The notes beneath the pieces are model-generated. The model ran no database searches and was not told the origin of the DNA. It saw only the letters and a list, made by a program, of their open reading frames with translations. Shown here piece by piece: positions 24,749-34,138 of a stretch of 55,610 bases of DNA. Source of the DNA: Burkholderiales bacterium 28-67-8 (GTDB taxonomy: Bacteria; Pseudomonadota; Gammaproteobacteria; Burkholderiales; Burkholderiaceae_C); contig NCFZ01000001.1 in NCBI GenBank assembly GCA_002281415.1, forward strand, positions 1 to 55,610. The letters are read 5' to 3'. A program made the translations under genes and the position numbers. Within the stretch, counting starts at the first letter, position 1, and each line of letters starts with the position of its first letter.

Positions 24749-25360
24749 CTACGGTTTGCGGGCAATGACCGTCGCGAAGGCCTTCTTCAGCCCGCCGGGT
24801 GCCGGGAAGTCACTGTGCGCCGACGAGAGAACCTCCCACGCGGCATAGCGGCGCGCCAGCGCCTCGCGCTCGAAGAGGCAGAACGCCTGCGGGTCGAACA
24901 TGTCCATGTAGGTGGTGCCTTCGACCAGGACATTGACGATGATCGTGCCACCAGGCCGCAGGTGCGCCTCCAGTTCCGACAGCGCTGCTGTCGCCGTCCT
25001 GCAGTCGAAGAACATCAGCAGGCCGATCGACACGACCGTGTCGAAGCCTTCTTCCAGCTGGTGCGTGCGCAGGTCCGCGACGCTGGCCCTGATCGGCAGC
25101 CCCTCGGCATCGGCGACATGCTGCAGGTGATTCACGGCGACCTTGCTGGCATCAAGCGCAACCACGGTGCAACCCGCCCGCGCCGCGGCAAGCGACAGTT
25201 GGCCCAGGCCGCAACCGTAGTCCAGCACCTTCCCGTTCAAGTGCGGCAGCGCAGACTGCTCGAAGGGATTGAGGCCGAGGTCGGGCTGATGAACCTGCCT
25301 CGCGAACTGCCGGTCGAAAAAGTCGATGCTCCGGTCACCGCTCACAGCGCACCTCTCCAT
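24749..25360 (-). CDS. SAM-dependent methyltransferase (TehB-like)
   Basis: Has VLDYGCGLGQLSLAAARAGCTVVALD and DTVVSIGLLMFF. It is the internal ATG of track ORF 24749..25621. Confidence 0.7.
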   Translation of the reverse strand: MERCAVSGDRSIDFFDRQFARQVHQPDLGLNPFEQSALPHLNGKVLDYGCGLGQLSLAAARAGCTVVALDASKVAVNHLQHVADAEGLPIRASVADLRTHQLEEGFDTVVSIGLLMFFDCRTATAALSELEAHLRPGGTIIVNVLVEGTTYMDMFDPQAFCLFEREALARRYAAWEVLSSAHSDFPAPGGLKKAFATVIARKP

Positions 25361-25453
25361 GTCCTCCAGCAGCAAGCATAGCCGGCCACATCGACAAGAT
25401 CGACGAGCGGCGCGATCATCGCCAGCCCGATTACAAGCACCTGCAAGGGTGCC

Positions 25454-25636
25454 ATGACGACAGAATTGTTCGATGCGATCGTCGTGGGTTCTGGCCAGGC
25501 GGGACCTGCGATTGCCGCCCGATGCAGCAAGGAAGGGCTGCGCAGTGCCGTCATCGAGCGGGGTCACTTCGGCGGCACCTACGTCAATGTCGGATGCGTA
25601 CCGACCATGTGGCGACTCCAAGTGTCTTCCTGTTAG
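25454..25636 (+). pseudogene. Pyridine nucleotide-disulfide (FAD) oxidoreductase, N-terminal fragment only
   Basis: MTTELFDAIVVGSGQAGPAIAARCSKEGLRSAVIERGHFGGTYVNVGCVPT is the FAD fold plus a redox motif whose first Cys is replaced (GGTYVNVGC). Similarity stops near 25606, and a stop codon follows at 25634. Confidence 0.65.
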
Positions 25637-25666
25637 AACTCCTTGGCAGTTGTTCGCTCGCTCATT

Positions 25667-27361
25667 TCAACGTGAGCGCTCTCTGTCTCCATGTCTCTGG
25701 GGCCCGGCCTGCACGGTCTTTGCCCGGGAACGCGGGGCGCGCGCGTCATAGACAGGGACTTTGAAGCGCTCGCCTCTCGCGACTCTCTTGGCACCCTCAG
25801 CCGCCATCATGGCGCGAACCTGGCCACTAAGCTCGGGGGACACCTTGCCGTCGACGAGTGCCTTCTCAATCGCTGCGGCAAGCTGGCGCTGTCCACCAAA
25901 CTCGGCTGCCTTCCTGTCGCCGCTGACCCGTTCGGCGTGGTCCGATTGAACTCTCCCGACGGCTTCGCCAGACCTCTGCGGTGCCGGTCCATCATGACCA
26001 ACTTGCAGTCGCGTCCGCTCCTTCGAGGCTGCTTCATAGTCGCCAACCGTCGCCGTATGACCCACGGCCTTCAGGCCCTGTGCTGTTGCCGCGATCCATC
26101 CTTGCCGGACGAACTCGGGTGAACCGGTCAACCTGACTGTTTCCCAGCCACGCTCGGCCGCACGATCCACCATGGCCTTGATCGCCGCTGGGCTTTCACT
26201 GGCGGTACTGATGCTCATGAACCTGTCGGTGAAGGCAACCTTGCCCGCCTGGTCCCTGAAGTGATATTCCTTCTCGATCAACCCGATCCGCTTGACGTTG
26301 AAGCGGTCTTGGAGCGGTGGAATGGCGCGGCGCTTCTCGGCTGTGTCACCTTCCGATCGCATTGAGTTGATGTCCGCTCCAACTCTTTCCGCTGGCAGCG
26401 GAGCCGTACCGCGCTGCTTCGCATCCGGCATCGCGCCCGATGCGCGCACCTGTTCGGGTAGCTCGCCCGACACCGCACGCGCTGAAAAGCTTGTCGCGCG
26501 ACCCACTCCGGGCATCGCCCATTCGGCCGTCTCCCGATCAAACGTGGCTCGGTAAGCATCGCTCTTCATGCTGTCTGCAACCAACGCCTTGGCTTCGCTC
26601 GCACGCGGGTGCGGCGGAAACCCATCGATCAGCAACAGGTCCCGGCTGTCCTTGACGGCCAAGCGGTCAAGCGCCGGACCCTGCAAATCCTTGATGGTCA
26701 GGCCTGCGCTCGCCATCGTCGCGTACCGCCCGGCAATGCTGTCGGCCGCATCGTCGCGTCGGCTGGCGTACTCCAAGGACTTTCGATCTTCCTTTGCAGC
26801 TGACCGCTGCTGCTCTTCTGCGTAGGCCCGGTCAGCCAGGCCGGCGTACTGCGGCGAGACCTCCTTGAGCGCGGTCCTGTACGCCGGCTGCTGTTCAGCG
26901 GTGTCGCCCATGACGGCAGCCGCACGGCCCTGCAGCACCTTGTCCGCAAAGCCGTCCAACGCCGACACGTCGCTGGTCGCCGCCTCACGTGCCGCCACTG
27001 CGCCGAGCTTGCCGGGCACCAAGGCTTGAGGGCCTTCATGGCGACTGTCGATGCTCTTCAGCGCCTGTGCATCGGCCAGAGCAGACTCTGGAGTCGATCG
27101 GGGCTCACTCTGCGGCCCGGTGCCGCTGTCGCGCTTCTGCTCTGCCGTCGCCAGCGCCTGGTCTGCCACGAGTGGATCAATCGCCGCCTGGCCTTCGGCT
27201 GCAGCACGTTGCGTCTCAGCAACCCGTCCTGCCGGTACGCTGACCTGTGGCCGTCCGCGGCTCTTCATGGCCTGGCGGCCATCGAGGTCCAGTGAGTCGG
27301 GTTCACCGGCCTCGCCGCTGCTCTGGCCCGAATTGCTTCCGGCGGAGGCCGCGCCCATCAC
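25667..27361 (-). CDS. LPD7-like domain protein, T4SS-associated
   Basis: The segment FRDQAGKVAFTDRFMSISTASESPAAIKAMVDRAAERGWETVRLTGSPEFVRQGWIAATAQGLKAVGHTATVGDYEAA fits the LPD7 pattern as I remember it. The rest is low-complexity and acidic, and the tail is Arg-rich. The start overlaps the upstream stop. Confidence 0.45.
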   Translation of the reverse strand: MMGAASAGSNSGQSSGEAGEPDSLDLDGRQAMKSRGRPQVSVPAGRVAETQRAAAEGQAAIDPLVADQALATAEQKRDSGTGPQSEPRSTPESALADAQALKSIDSRHEGPQALVPGKLGAVAAREAATSDVSALDGFADKVLQGRAAAVMGDTAEQQPAYRTALKEVSPQYAGLADRAYAEEQQRSAAKEDRKSLEYASRRDDAADSIAGRYATMASAGLTIKDLQGPALDRLAVKDSRDLLLIDGFPPHPRASEAKALVADSMKSDAYRATFDRETAEWAMPGVGRATSFSARAVSGELPEQVRASGAMPDAKQRGTAPLPAERVGADINSMRSEGDTAEKRRAIPPLQDRFNVKRIGLIEKEYHFRDQAGKVAFTDRFMSISTASESPAAIKAMVDRAAERGWETVRLTGSPEFVRQGWIAATAQGLKAVGHTATVGDYEAASKERTRLQVGHDGPAPQRSGEAVGRVQSDHAERVSGDRKAAEFGGQRQLAAAIEKALVDGKVSPELSGQVRAMMAAEGAKRVARGERFKVPVYDARAPRSRAKTVQAGPQRHGDRERSR

Positions 27362-28065
27362 AGACTCGCCGCGGTGGTGCCCTTGCCGTTCGCCGCGCTG
27401 CTGCGCAGACTCACGAGCATCGGCGCAGCCGTATAGAACTCGATCTCGACGCGACGGCTCTGTGAGCGCTCAGCGGGACGAAGCCCTGCGAGCGGATCAC
27501 CCGCGCCCTGCCAGGTCAGGCGAAGCTTGTCCTTCGATACACCTGCCTGCTGCAGAAACTCCGCAGCCGCCTCAGCACGGCGGCGCGCGAGCGCCGTTTC
27601 CTGCATCGAGTCACCGGTGGCATCGGTGCGTCCGCGAATCATGATCACAGCGGCGTCTTTGGCGCGCCGGACCAATGCTGCGGCGTCGGCCTGTTCAACG
27701 CTCCAGGCTGCAGATCCCATGCCGAAAGGGACGACAGCCACCAGGTTGCCAGCAGTGTCAGCGACCTCAAACGTGGGCAAGCTGGCCATCGCAGCGCCCG
27801 GCTGCGGCAATGCTTTGTTCAGCGAAGTCGCGACGACGCCGGCGCGTGCCATCTCGGACACGAGGATGGTGGCCCGACTCAGGTCGCCCTGACAGGCCTT
27901 GAGGTCGACTGCTGCACGTGCATTGACCGGCCGCTTGGTGGACTCATCCACCGAAGGCGGCTTCGGGGGCGTCGAGCACGAGGTGAGCAGCAGCGCGCCG
28001 ATGCCGACGCAGCAAGCGGTGTGCGCCGTCGTCAACGCCTTGTAGATCGTCATTGAGATGGGCAT
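27358..28065 (-). CDS. OmpA-domain lipoprotein
   Basis: Lipobox LLTSC. The C-terminal OmpA-like peptidoglycan-binding region reads IRGRTDATGDSMQETALARRRAEAAAEFLQQAGV...RRVEIEF. Confidence 0.8.
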   Translation of the reverse strand: MPISMTIYKALTTAHTACCVGIGALLLTSCSTPPKPPSVDESTKRPVNARAAVDLKACQGDLSRATILVSEMARAGVVATSLNKALPQPGAAMASLPTFEVADTAGNLVAVVPFGMGSAAWSVEQADAAALVRRAKDAAVIMIRGRTDATGDSMQETALARRRAEAAAEFLQQAGVSKDKLRLTWQGAGDPLAGLRPAERSQSRRVEIEFYTAAPMLVSLRSSAANGKGTTAASL

Positions 28066-28070
28066 AGCTG

Positions 28071-30089
28071 TTACGCGGCGCGCGCCGGCTCCAGGTTGGA
28101 TTGCGGGTTGGGCGTCTGGTCGACGGGGACGATCGTCTGTGCCGAGGCCACTTCGAGCGCCTCGAAGAACCCGGCGACGAACGACTGCACCTGTTCGGGC
28201 GAGGCGTCGGCGTCCAGCTGGGGCAGACCGTGAAAGTCGACCGCGATCTGGTCGAGGCCGAACTCCTCGTCGTCGCCAGCCAGGCGCACGCGGTGCTCCA
28301 CGCGCGCCCGATGTGTGGCGAGATCGAGCTCAGGCAGGTCAGGTGGCGGCATGAGCCTCTCCATGAAAACCGGGTCGGTGTAGTAGCGGATCTTGTCGGC
28401 CAGGATCGGCTTGCAGTTCTCCAGGATCAGCACTTCGCGGTCCACGCCGAGTTCCTTGAACTCCTGGGGAAGCAAGAGCGCGCGGCGCTGCGAACTCTCG
28501 TTCGTCGACTGCGAGCTGCCGCCACCCTTCGCGCCCGAGCTGCTCGACCGGCCGCGACTCTTTTCCTGCTGGGTGAACGTGCCCAGCATCTCGCTGTACT
28601 CGTTCGCGTCGCGCTGCTCGCGCGGCGCGTACAGCACCTGCAGCGCATGGTTGGTTGCGAAGGTGCGGGCGTCGTGCTGACCGTAGACCGATTCAAGCTG
28701 ACTGACCGCTTGAATCACCGTCACCAGGCGCAGGTTGTAGCCGGCGAGGTAGCCCACGGCGGCGTTCAGGATGTTGATGCGGCCGAGGGCCGTGAACTCG
28801 TCCAGCAAGACCAGGCACTGGTGCTTGAGCGCCGGGTTGTGCTCAGGCAGTTCGGCCGTGTTCAGGTTGATGAGCTGCGCGAAGAACAGGTTCAGCAGCA
28901 CCCGCGCATCGGCGAGCCGGTTCGGAGGGATGCAGACGTAGACCGTCATGCGCTGCCGGCGCACGTCGGCCACCGAGAAGTCATCGCCGCTGGTGGCAGC
29001 ATCCACCAGCGGATCGCTGAAGACCGTCAGCGGTGCGTTGAGCGTGGCCAGGATGCTCGACAGCGTGTTGTCGCTGGTGGAGAGGAAGCGCATCAGGGCA
29101 TCGACGCAGGCGTCCGACAGCGGACCCTTCGGATGCGAGCAGCCCTCCATGCGCTGTTGCATCAGGCTCTGCAGATGCTGCTTGATGGGCTGACCCTGGC
29201 CGCTCGATTGCCGCAGGATTTCCCCGATCGTCCGCGGCAGCTCTGGCGTCTCGACCAGGTACAGGGCGAGGCCGAGGAACAGGTTGCGCGCGGTGTCATT
29301 GAAGAAGCCTTCTGTGCCGCTACCTTTCACGTCCGTGGGGTAGAGGACCTGCGCGATGGCCAGCGTGTCGCCGACGACGTGGCGATCGGCCAGCCGGATC
29401 GCGCTGAGCGGGTTCCAGCGGTGCGAGCGGCCGTCTTCGGCAAAGGGTGCCCAGGCATAGACGGCCTGGCCGTGCGCCGCCCGAAACCCCGCCGTGATCA
29501 GGAAGTTTTCGGACTTTATGTCGACGACCACGGCGCTGTCCTGCCAGGCCAGCAGGTTCGGCACGACCACGCCCACTCCCTTGCCGCTGCGAGTCGGTGC
29601 GCTGAGCATCACCGACTGTTTGCCCGGCAGCGTGAGGAACTTGTCCCGGTACTTTCCGACGATGATCCCCTGACCACCCAGCAGCCCGGCGTCGCGCACC
29701 TCGATCGCGCTGGCGAAACGTGCAGAGCCGTGCAGTTCGCGGCGCCTCTGAGTGGCGGCCGCGATGCCCATGGGCACCAGCAACAGCAGCACGAAAGGCG
29801 GGACCATCAGGGCCAGCTGGAGCTTCTTGCGCTCCTTCGGGTCGGCCGAGTATTCAGACCAGAAGGCCGACATGGTGCCGGCCGTGATGCCGGCCGGCCG
29901 TTGCTTGTGGAACAGCATGTAGAGCGCTACGCTGCCGTACACCGTGGCCGTCGCGGTGGCACCGAGGTAGGTGGCCACGCCCAGGGCGATCAGCACGCGC
30001 TTCGTGGCGGACGACACCGCCGCCGTCTTGACGGCGCGGCCTGCCGGCGCTCCGGGTGCCGCACGGGTCGTGGTTGGGGAGGAACTCAT
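28071..30089 (-). CDS. virD4: Type IV coupling protein VirD4/TraG family
   Basis: Two N-terminal TM segments and Walker A LSAPTRSGKGVGVVVPN. ATG 30089 overlaps the virB11 stop (ATGA). The track start at 30104 is a TTG. Confidence 0.9.
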   Translation of the reverse strand: MSSSPTTTRAAPGAPAGRAVKTAAVSSATKRVLIALGVATYLGATATATVYGSVALYMLFHKQRPAGITAGTMSAFWSEYSADPKERKKLQLALMVPPFVLLLLVPMGIAAATQRRRELHGSARFASAIEVRDAGLLGGQGIIVGKYRDKFLTLPGKQSVMLSAPTRSGKGVGVVVPNLLAWQDSAVVVDIKSENFLITAGFRAAHGQAVYAWAPFAEDGRSHRWNPLSAIRLADRHVVGDTLAIAQVLYPTDVKGSGTEGFFNDTARNLFLGLALYLVETPELPRTIGEILRQSSGQGQPIKQHLQSLMQQRMEGCSHPKGPLSDACVDALMRFLSTSDNTLSSILATLNAPLTVFSDPLVDAATSGDDFSVADVRRQRMTVYVCIPPNRLADARVLLNLFFAQLINLNTAELPEHNPALKHQCLVLLDEFTALGRINILNAAVGYLAGYNLRLVTVIQAVSQLESVYGQHDARTFATNHALQVLYAPREQRDANEYSEMLGTFTQQEKSRGRSSSSGAKGGGSSQSTNESSQRRALLLPQEFKELGVDREVLILENCKPILADKIRYYTDPVFMERLMPPPDLPELDLATHRARVEHRVRLAGDDEEFGLDQIAVDFHGLPQLDADASPEQVQSFVAGFFEALEVASAQTIVPVDQTPNPQSNLEPARAA

Positions 30090-31132
30090 GCTGCCTCCCG
30101 CCAACGGGCCTGCGGGTCGTAGTGGATGCCACTGATGAAGCGCCCACCAGCATCGACGCCGAAGTGCACCACGACATCGATCACGGAACGCGCCAGGCGG
30201 TTGATCTCCGGCATCGTCATCCCGCCACCGCCTGCCGACTCCCGCACCATCAGCGAAATCTGCTCAAACGCGAGTTCGCAGCTGCCGGCGTGAACGCTCG
30301 TCACGCTGCCCGGGTGCCCCGAGGCCGCCAGGCGCAGGAAGTAGAAGGCTTCTTCGCCGCGCATCTCCGCCAGGAAGATGCGGTCCGGCCGCAACCGAAG
30401 GCAGGCTTCCAGCAGCAGCTTCGCAGACACAGCGCTCGCGCCCTGTCCGCCCTTGGAATAGAACAGGTGCAGCTTGTTCGGATGGCTCGGCAAGGTCAGC
30501 TCGGCCGCGTCCTCGATGGTGATCAGCCGCTCGGTGACCGGGACCTCTTCGACCAGACCCTTCATGAAGGTGGTCTTGCCCGAGCCGGTCTTGCCGGCCA
30601 CCACCATCGTCTGGTGCGACTGGACGGCCAGGCGGAAGAACTCGACGAACTTGCCGTTGGCTTTGAGGTCCAGCAGTTCGCGCTCAAAGGGCTCAAGTTC
30701 GCGGCTGGTCTCCCGGACTCGACCGAACAGGCCCTGGGCTGCGAAGTCTTCCAGCCTACGCACCTGCATCGACGGCTTGCGGATGCACACGCCGATCTGG
30801 TCGGCCGGCGTGGCGCTGGGCTGGACGATCTGCACGCGCTCGCCCGTCGAAAGGGCGGCGCTGAGCAGCGGGTTCTGTTCGTTGGTGTGCTGGCCGGTCA
30901 GTGTCGCAATGGCGGTGGCCAAGCTCTGGCAGTGCCGGAACGTGAACTCGGGGATCTCGTGGCGCTGCCAGACGCCAGCGCGCTCGACGAAGACCTCGCC
31001 GGGCTGGTTCACACACAGCTCGTTGACACGGCTGTCATCGAGCATGCCGCGGATGGGCTGCAGGAACTCGGTGACGGTGGCGTCCGACCGCAGGACGGAT
31101 GGCACCGCCCGCAGGACCGGCGCGGCACTCAC
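30086..31132 (-). CDS. virB11: VirB11 secretion ATPase
   Basis: Walker A VVAGKTGSGKTTFMKGL plus the His-box region. The GTG start overlaps the virB10 stop. Confidence 0.9.
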   Translation of the reverse strand: MSAAPVLRAVPSVLRSDATVTEFLQPIRGMLDDSRVNELCVNQPGEVFVERAGVWQRHEIPEFTFRHCQSLATAIATLTGQHTNEQNPLLSAALSTGERVQIVQPSATPADQIGVCIRKPSMQVRRLEDFAAQGLFGRVRETSRELEPFERELLDLKANGKFVEFFRLAVQSHQTMVVAGKTGSGKTTFMKGLVEEVPVTERLITIEDAAELTLPSHPNKLHLFYSKGGQGASAVSAKLLLEACLRLRPDRIFLAEMRGEEAFYFLRLAASGHPGSVTSVHAGSCELAFEQISLMVRESAGGGGMTMPEINRLARSVIDVVVHFGVDAGGRFISGIHYDPQARWREAA

Positions 31133-32439
31133 CGCGGCTCCAGTGCGTAGACCTTCGAGAAGTCCACATCGCGGGCGACGTACACGCCCACGACGCTGCC
31201 CTGGTTCTGATACAGCAGCGGCGGGATGTTGATCGTCGCTTCGAGCACCTTCTCGGCGAGCTTCGAGCCTGCCGCCGTCGTGCTGGGTAGCAACACGGTT
31301 GTGCTGCCCGTCACCGGGTTCGAGTCGGTGGCCACCATCTTCACGGCGTCATCGATCAATGACACCAGCATGGCCGCACCAATGCGCTCAGGCCAGCGGT
31401 TGTCAACGTAGCCACCGATGCCGCTTTCGCCGAGGGCTCCGGTGCCGGGCGAGTCCAGGTCCACCGTCACGCCGTTCGGCGTACGCAGCCGGGTCCACAG
31501 CACCGGGATGCGGGTCACGCCAGGCCGAACCTGCACCACCCGGTATTCGCCGTCCAGATGCGAGCCGCGTTCGGCCAGCACCACCTTGCCATCGTCCGAG
31601 AAGACGTTGCGCTGGACCTGGCAGGCAACGAAGCCGCTGGTGGCCGAGATCACCCGTGTCTTGAGGCTGCAGGTGAAGAGCACGCCCTTAGGCATGGTCA
31701 GGCTACGGTTGCCGAGCTGGCTGGCCACCACGGTCGGCGTGGCCGAGCGCTCCATCGAGCCGAACAGTGCGGGGTTGGCCTGGGCCGCTGCGTTCATGTT
31801 CGTCCCCGGCAGGACCATTGCAGAGGCGAGCGCCGCGGCGGAAGCCTTGTCGCCACCTGCGGCCTTGTCGGTCAGGCCCTGCAGTTGCCCGAGCATGCTG
31901 CCCAGCTGGCTTTGATAGCGCCGCATGTTGGCCTGGGCTTCGCCAGCGATTCCGGGCGCTGGCGGCGGATCCGCTGCTGCGCCTTGCTGCGATGCAAGTG
32001 ATCCAGCACCGGCGCCGCTCGGGCCGAATGGCGATTCGTCACCGACCGGCACCGCCTGCTTCGTCGGCCGACCACCCGCAGTGCCTCGAACCGGGATGGC
32101 CGTGGCCGGCGCGGTGGCGTCCGCCTCGATGCTGGGCACGCGGGTCTGATCCACGACCGGAATGGCTTTGGCGACCGGCACGGGTGCCGGCAACACGACC
32201 GGCGGGTCCTGGAATTTGAGCTTCGTCACCGTGGCGGAGGCCACGTCCACGGCCGCCTCTGGCGGTGCCTCCTTCTTGCCGAAGTAGCGTGTGGCTGCAA
32301 AGCCCAGCGCGCCCACCAGCGACAAGATCAGCACACTCGCCGCAATGATCGGCTTGTGGCTGGAGGCACCGCCTCGCGGCGTCAGCGAGGGAATCTCGGG
32401 CTCGCCTTCGAGCCGCTTGAGCGTATCGGGGGCGTTCAT
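31129..32439 (-). CDS. virB10: VirB10/TrbI
   Basis: N-terminal TM segment, a Pro-rich linker, and the conserved C-terminus GSHLDGEYRVVQVRPG...GGYVDNRW. Confidence 0.9.
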   Translation of the reverse strand: MNAPDTLKRLEGEPEIPSLTPRGGASSHKPIIAASVLILSLVGALGFAATRYFGKKEAPPEAAVDVASATVTKLKFQDPPVVLPAPVPVAKAIPVVDQTRVPSIEADATAPATAIPVRGTAGGRPTKQAVPVGDESPFGPSGAGAGSLASQQGAAADPPPAPGIAGEAQANMRRYQSQLGSMLGQLQGLTDKAAGGDKASAAALASAMVLPGTNMNAAAQANPALFGSMERSATPTVVASQLGNRSLTMPKGVLFTCSLKTRVISATSGFVACQVQRNVFSDDGKVVLAERGSHLDGEYRVVQVRPGVTRIPVLWTRLRTPNGVTVDLDSPGTGALGESGIGGYVDNRWPERIGAAMLVSLIDDAVKMVATDSNPVTGSTTVLLPSTTAAGSKLAEKVLEATINIPPLLYQNQGSVVGVYVARDVDFSKVYALEPR

Positions 32440-33347
32440 GGCGCGGGCCTGTTGGCGGGCTGGTTGGGTGTGGCAGCCTTGACGACGCGCGCCACACCCG
32501 GAACGGTGGTGCCGTCCCTGGGCGGCACGCCATCGAGGTCGAAGGCATCGTTGATGATGGCCGCGACGCTCTCGCCGAGCCGCAGCACGAAGCGGCGCCC
32601 GACACGGTCGGCGACGAGGAGGTCATCGGGGTCCATGCGTGCGTTGACCATTTCCTCGCTGCCGTCCGGCGCGATCTGGAAGACCGTGGGGATGGGCCTG
32701 TTGTTCGGAAAGCTGAAGTAGGTCTGCGTGCCGTCATCGAACACCATGACCGGCACGATGTCCTCGGAGTCCTTGCCCGTGGCCACCGAGTAGGCGGAAT
32801 TGCGGACCAGGGGCTTGGTCTGCCAGCGGGCGTCGATCAGCTCCCTGGCGGTCGGCAGGACCGGGGACGCGGCGACAGAGATCGGCCGCGGCAACATCGG
32901 CGCCGCAATCGTCAGCCGCATCAGCGTCAGGCCTGCGCCCTCGACGGGGTGCAGCAGGAAGGCGTGCCGGCGGCGGTCGGTGACGACGATGAGGTTCGTC
33001 GAGGTCGCGCCCGACTTGGGTTTGACGAACAGGTCGCGCCCTTGTTTGGCGATACACCAGGTGTGGGTCTCGTCGCTGCAGTTCGACCCCTTGCCGCTGA
33101 TCGGGATGCCGACGATCTGCTCGTCGTCGCCGAGCACGATCTGGGTGATCTGGCCGCGCCGCACCGGCACGTCCACCACCATGTCGGCCGCGAACAGCAC
33201 GGTCCGAAGACGCGGGTCCGGTGTCGTGCGCTGGCCTGGCTGGATCGGCTGCGCGGTCGCAGCAATCAGCAGAGCCGGTGCGAAGAGCGCAGCGCCAAGT
33301 ACCGCGACCGCGCCGAGCGGCGCCATCCACTTCGAGGTGGCCTTCAT
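32436..33347 (-). CDS. virB9: VirB9/TrbG
   Basis: Signal peptide plus CagX/VirB9 beta-domain motifs (DLFVKPKSGATSTNLIVVTDRRRHAFLL). Confidence 0.85.
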   Translation of the reverse strand: MKATSKWMAPLGAVAVLGAALFAPALLIAATAQPIQPGQRTTPDPRLRTVLFAADMVVDVPVRRGQITQIVLGDDEQIVGIPISGKGSNCSDETHTWCIAKQGRDLFVKPKSGATSTNLIVVTDRRRHAFLLHPVEGAGLTLMRLTIAAPMLPRPISVAASPVLPTARELIDARWQTKPLVRNSAYSVATGKDSEDIVPVMVFDDGTQTYFSFPNNRPIPTVFQIAPDGSEEMVNARMDPDDLLVADRVGRRFVLRLGESVAAIINDAFDLDGVPPRDGTTVPGVARVVKAATPNQPANRPAP

Positions 33348-34129
33348 GATGCGCCGCCTACGACCGTGTCGGCGGGCTTGGCCGGCGCCACCAGGTCAGC
33401 GTCGGCGCGATAGCCCGTGACGACAAACCCGAACGGGTTTTCAATGCGATCGGCAGGCTTCTTCATGGCGGTGGGCCGGTACTCGTAGCGCACCGTGGAG
33501 ACGAAGCGCGTGGTCACCGGAGACTGCCCCTGCGTCGGGCGAATCTGGCGGTCAAAGGTCACCACTGCCTCGCCGGACCTGCCAGCCACGGGGGACCTGG
33601 TCAGCCGCACGGAGACCACTGTCACCCGATGTTCTTCCTTCGCGGCGATCACCGCCTGCATGGCCTTCTCGCCGGCGAACTGACTGCCGTACGGCGCCCA
33701 GGTGTCGGGGACTGTCATGCGTGCCACCTGGTCGTAGTCGCGCTGCAGCAGGTGGAAGTTGTAGGACTCGCGGGCTCGCACGAACACGGCGGCGTTGTGC
33801 TGGTCCAGTGCGGCCAGTGCAGGGACGTTGGATGCGTCCAGCGTGGCGACGACGCTGGTTTCTCCCGTCGTTCGGTCCACGACGACCGGATACGGCGCCG
33901 GCGGCGGCCGCAGGCTCTGGAAGGTCGCCATGCTGAACCCCAGCACCGCCAGGACGCCACCGATGCCAGCAGCTATCCAGCCACGGCGCCCCGAGGCGAT
34001 GGCCTGCGCGATGCGGTCCTGTTCCCAGTTGTTGGCCGCTGCAATGGCTGCAACGGCCTTCTTCGAGAGCGGCAGGCGGTCGGTCTGCGCTGCATCGGGC
34101 AATGCAGCGGCTTCAACTCTGTTGTTCAC
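33344..34129 (-). CDS. virB8: VirB8
   Basis: Bitopic: WEQDRIAQAIASGRRGW, then a TM segment, then an NTF2-like periplasmic domain. GTG start. Confidence 0.85.
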   Translation of the reverse strand: MNNRVEAAALPDAAQTDRLPLSKKAVAAIAAANNWEQDRIAQAIASGRRGWIAAGIGGVLAVLGFSMATFQSLRPPPAPYPVVVDRTTGETSVVATLDASNVPALAALDQHNAAVFVRARESYNFHLLQRDYDQVARMTVPDTWAPYGSQFAGEKAMQAVIAAKEEHRVTVVSVRLTRSPVAGRSGEAVVTFDRQIRPTQGQSPVTTRFVSTVRYEYRPTAMKKPADRIENPFGFVVTGYRADADLVAPAKPADTVVGGAS

Positions 34130-34138
34130 AGCCAGTCC

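Noticed and set aside
25659-25678. Hairpin CGCTCA-N8-TGAGCG near the end of the LPD7-like gene as a terminator of the T4SS operon.
   Set aside because: The stop codon (25667-25669) lies inside the loop, so the structure is within the coding end rather than downstream. No U-tract follows on the minus strand.
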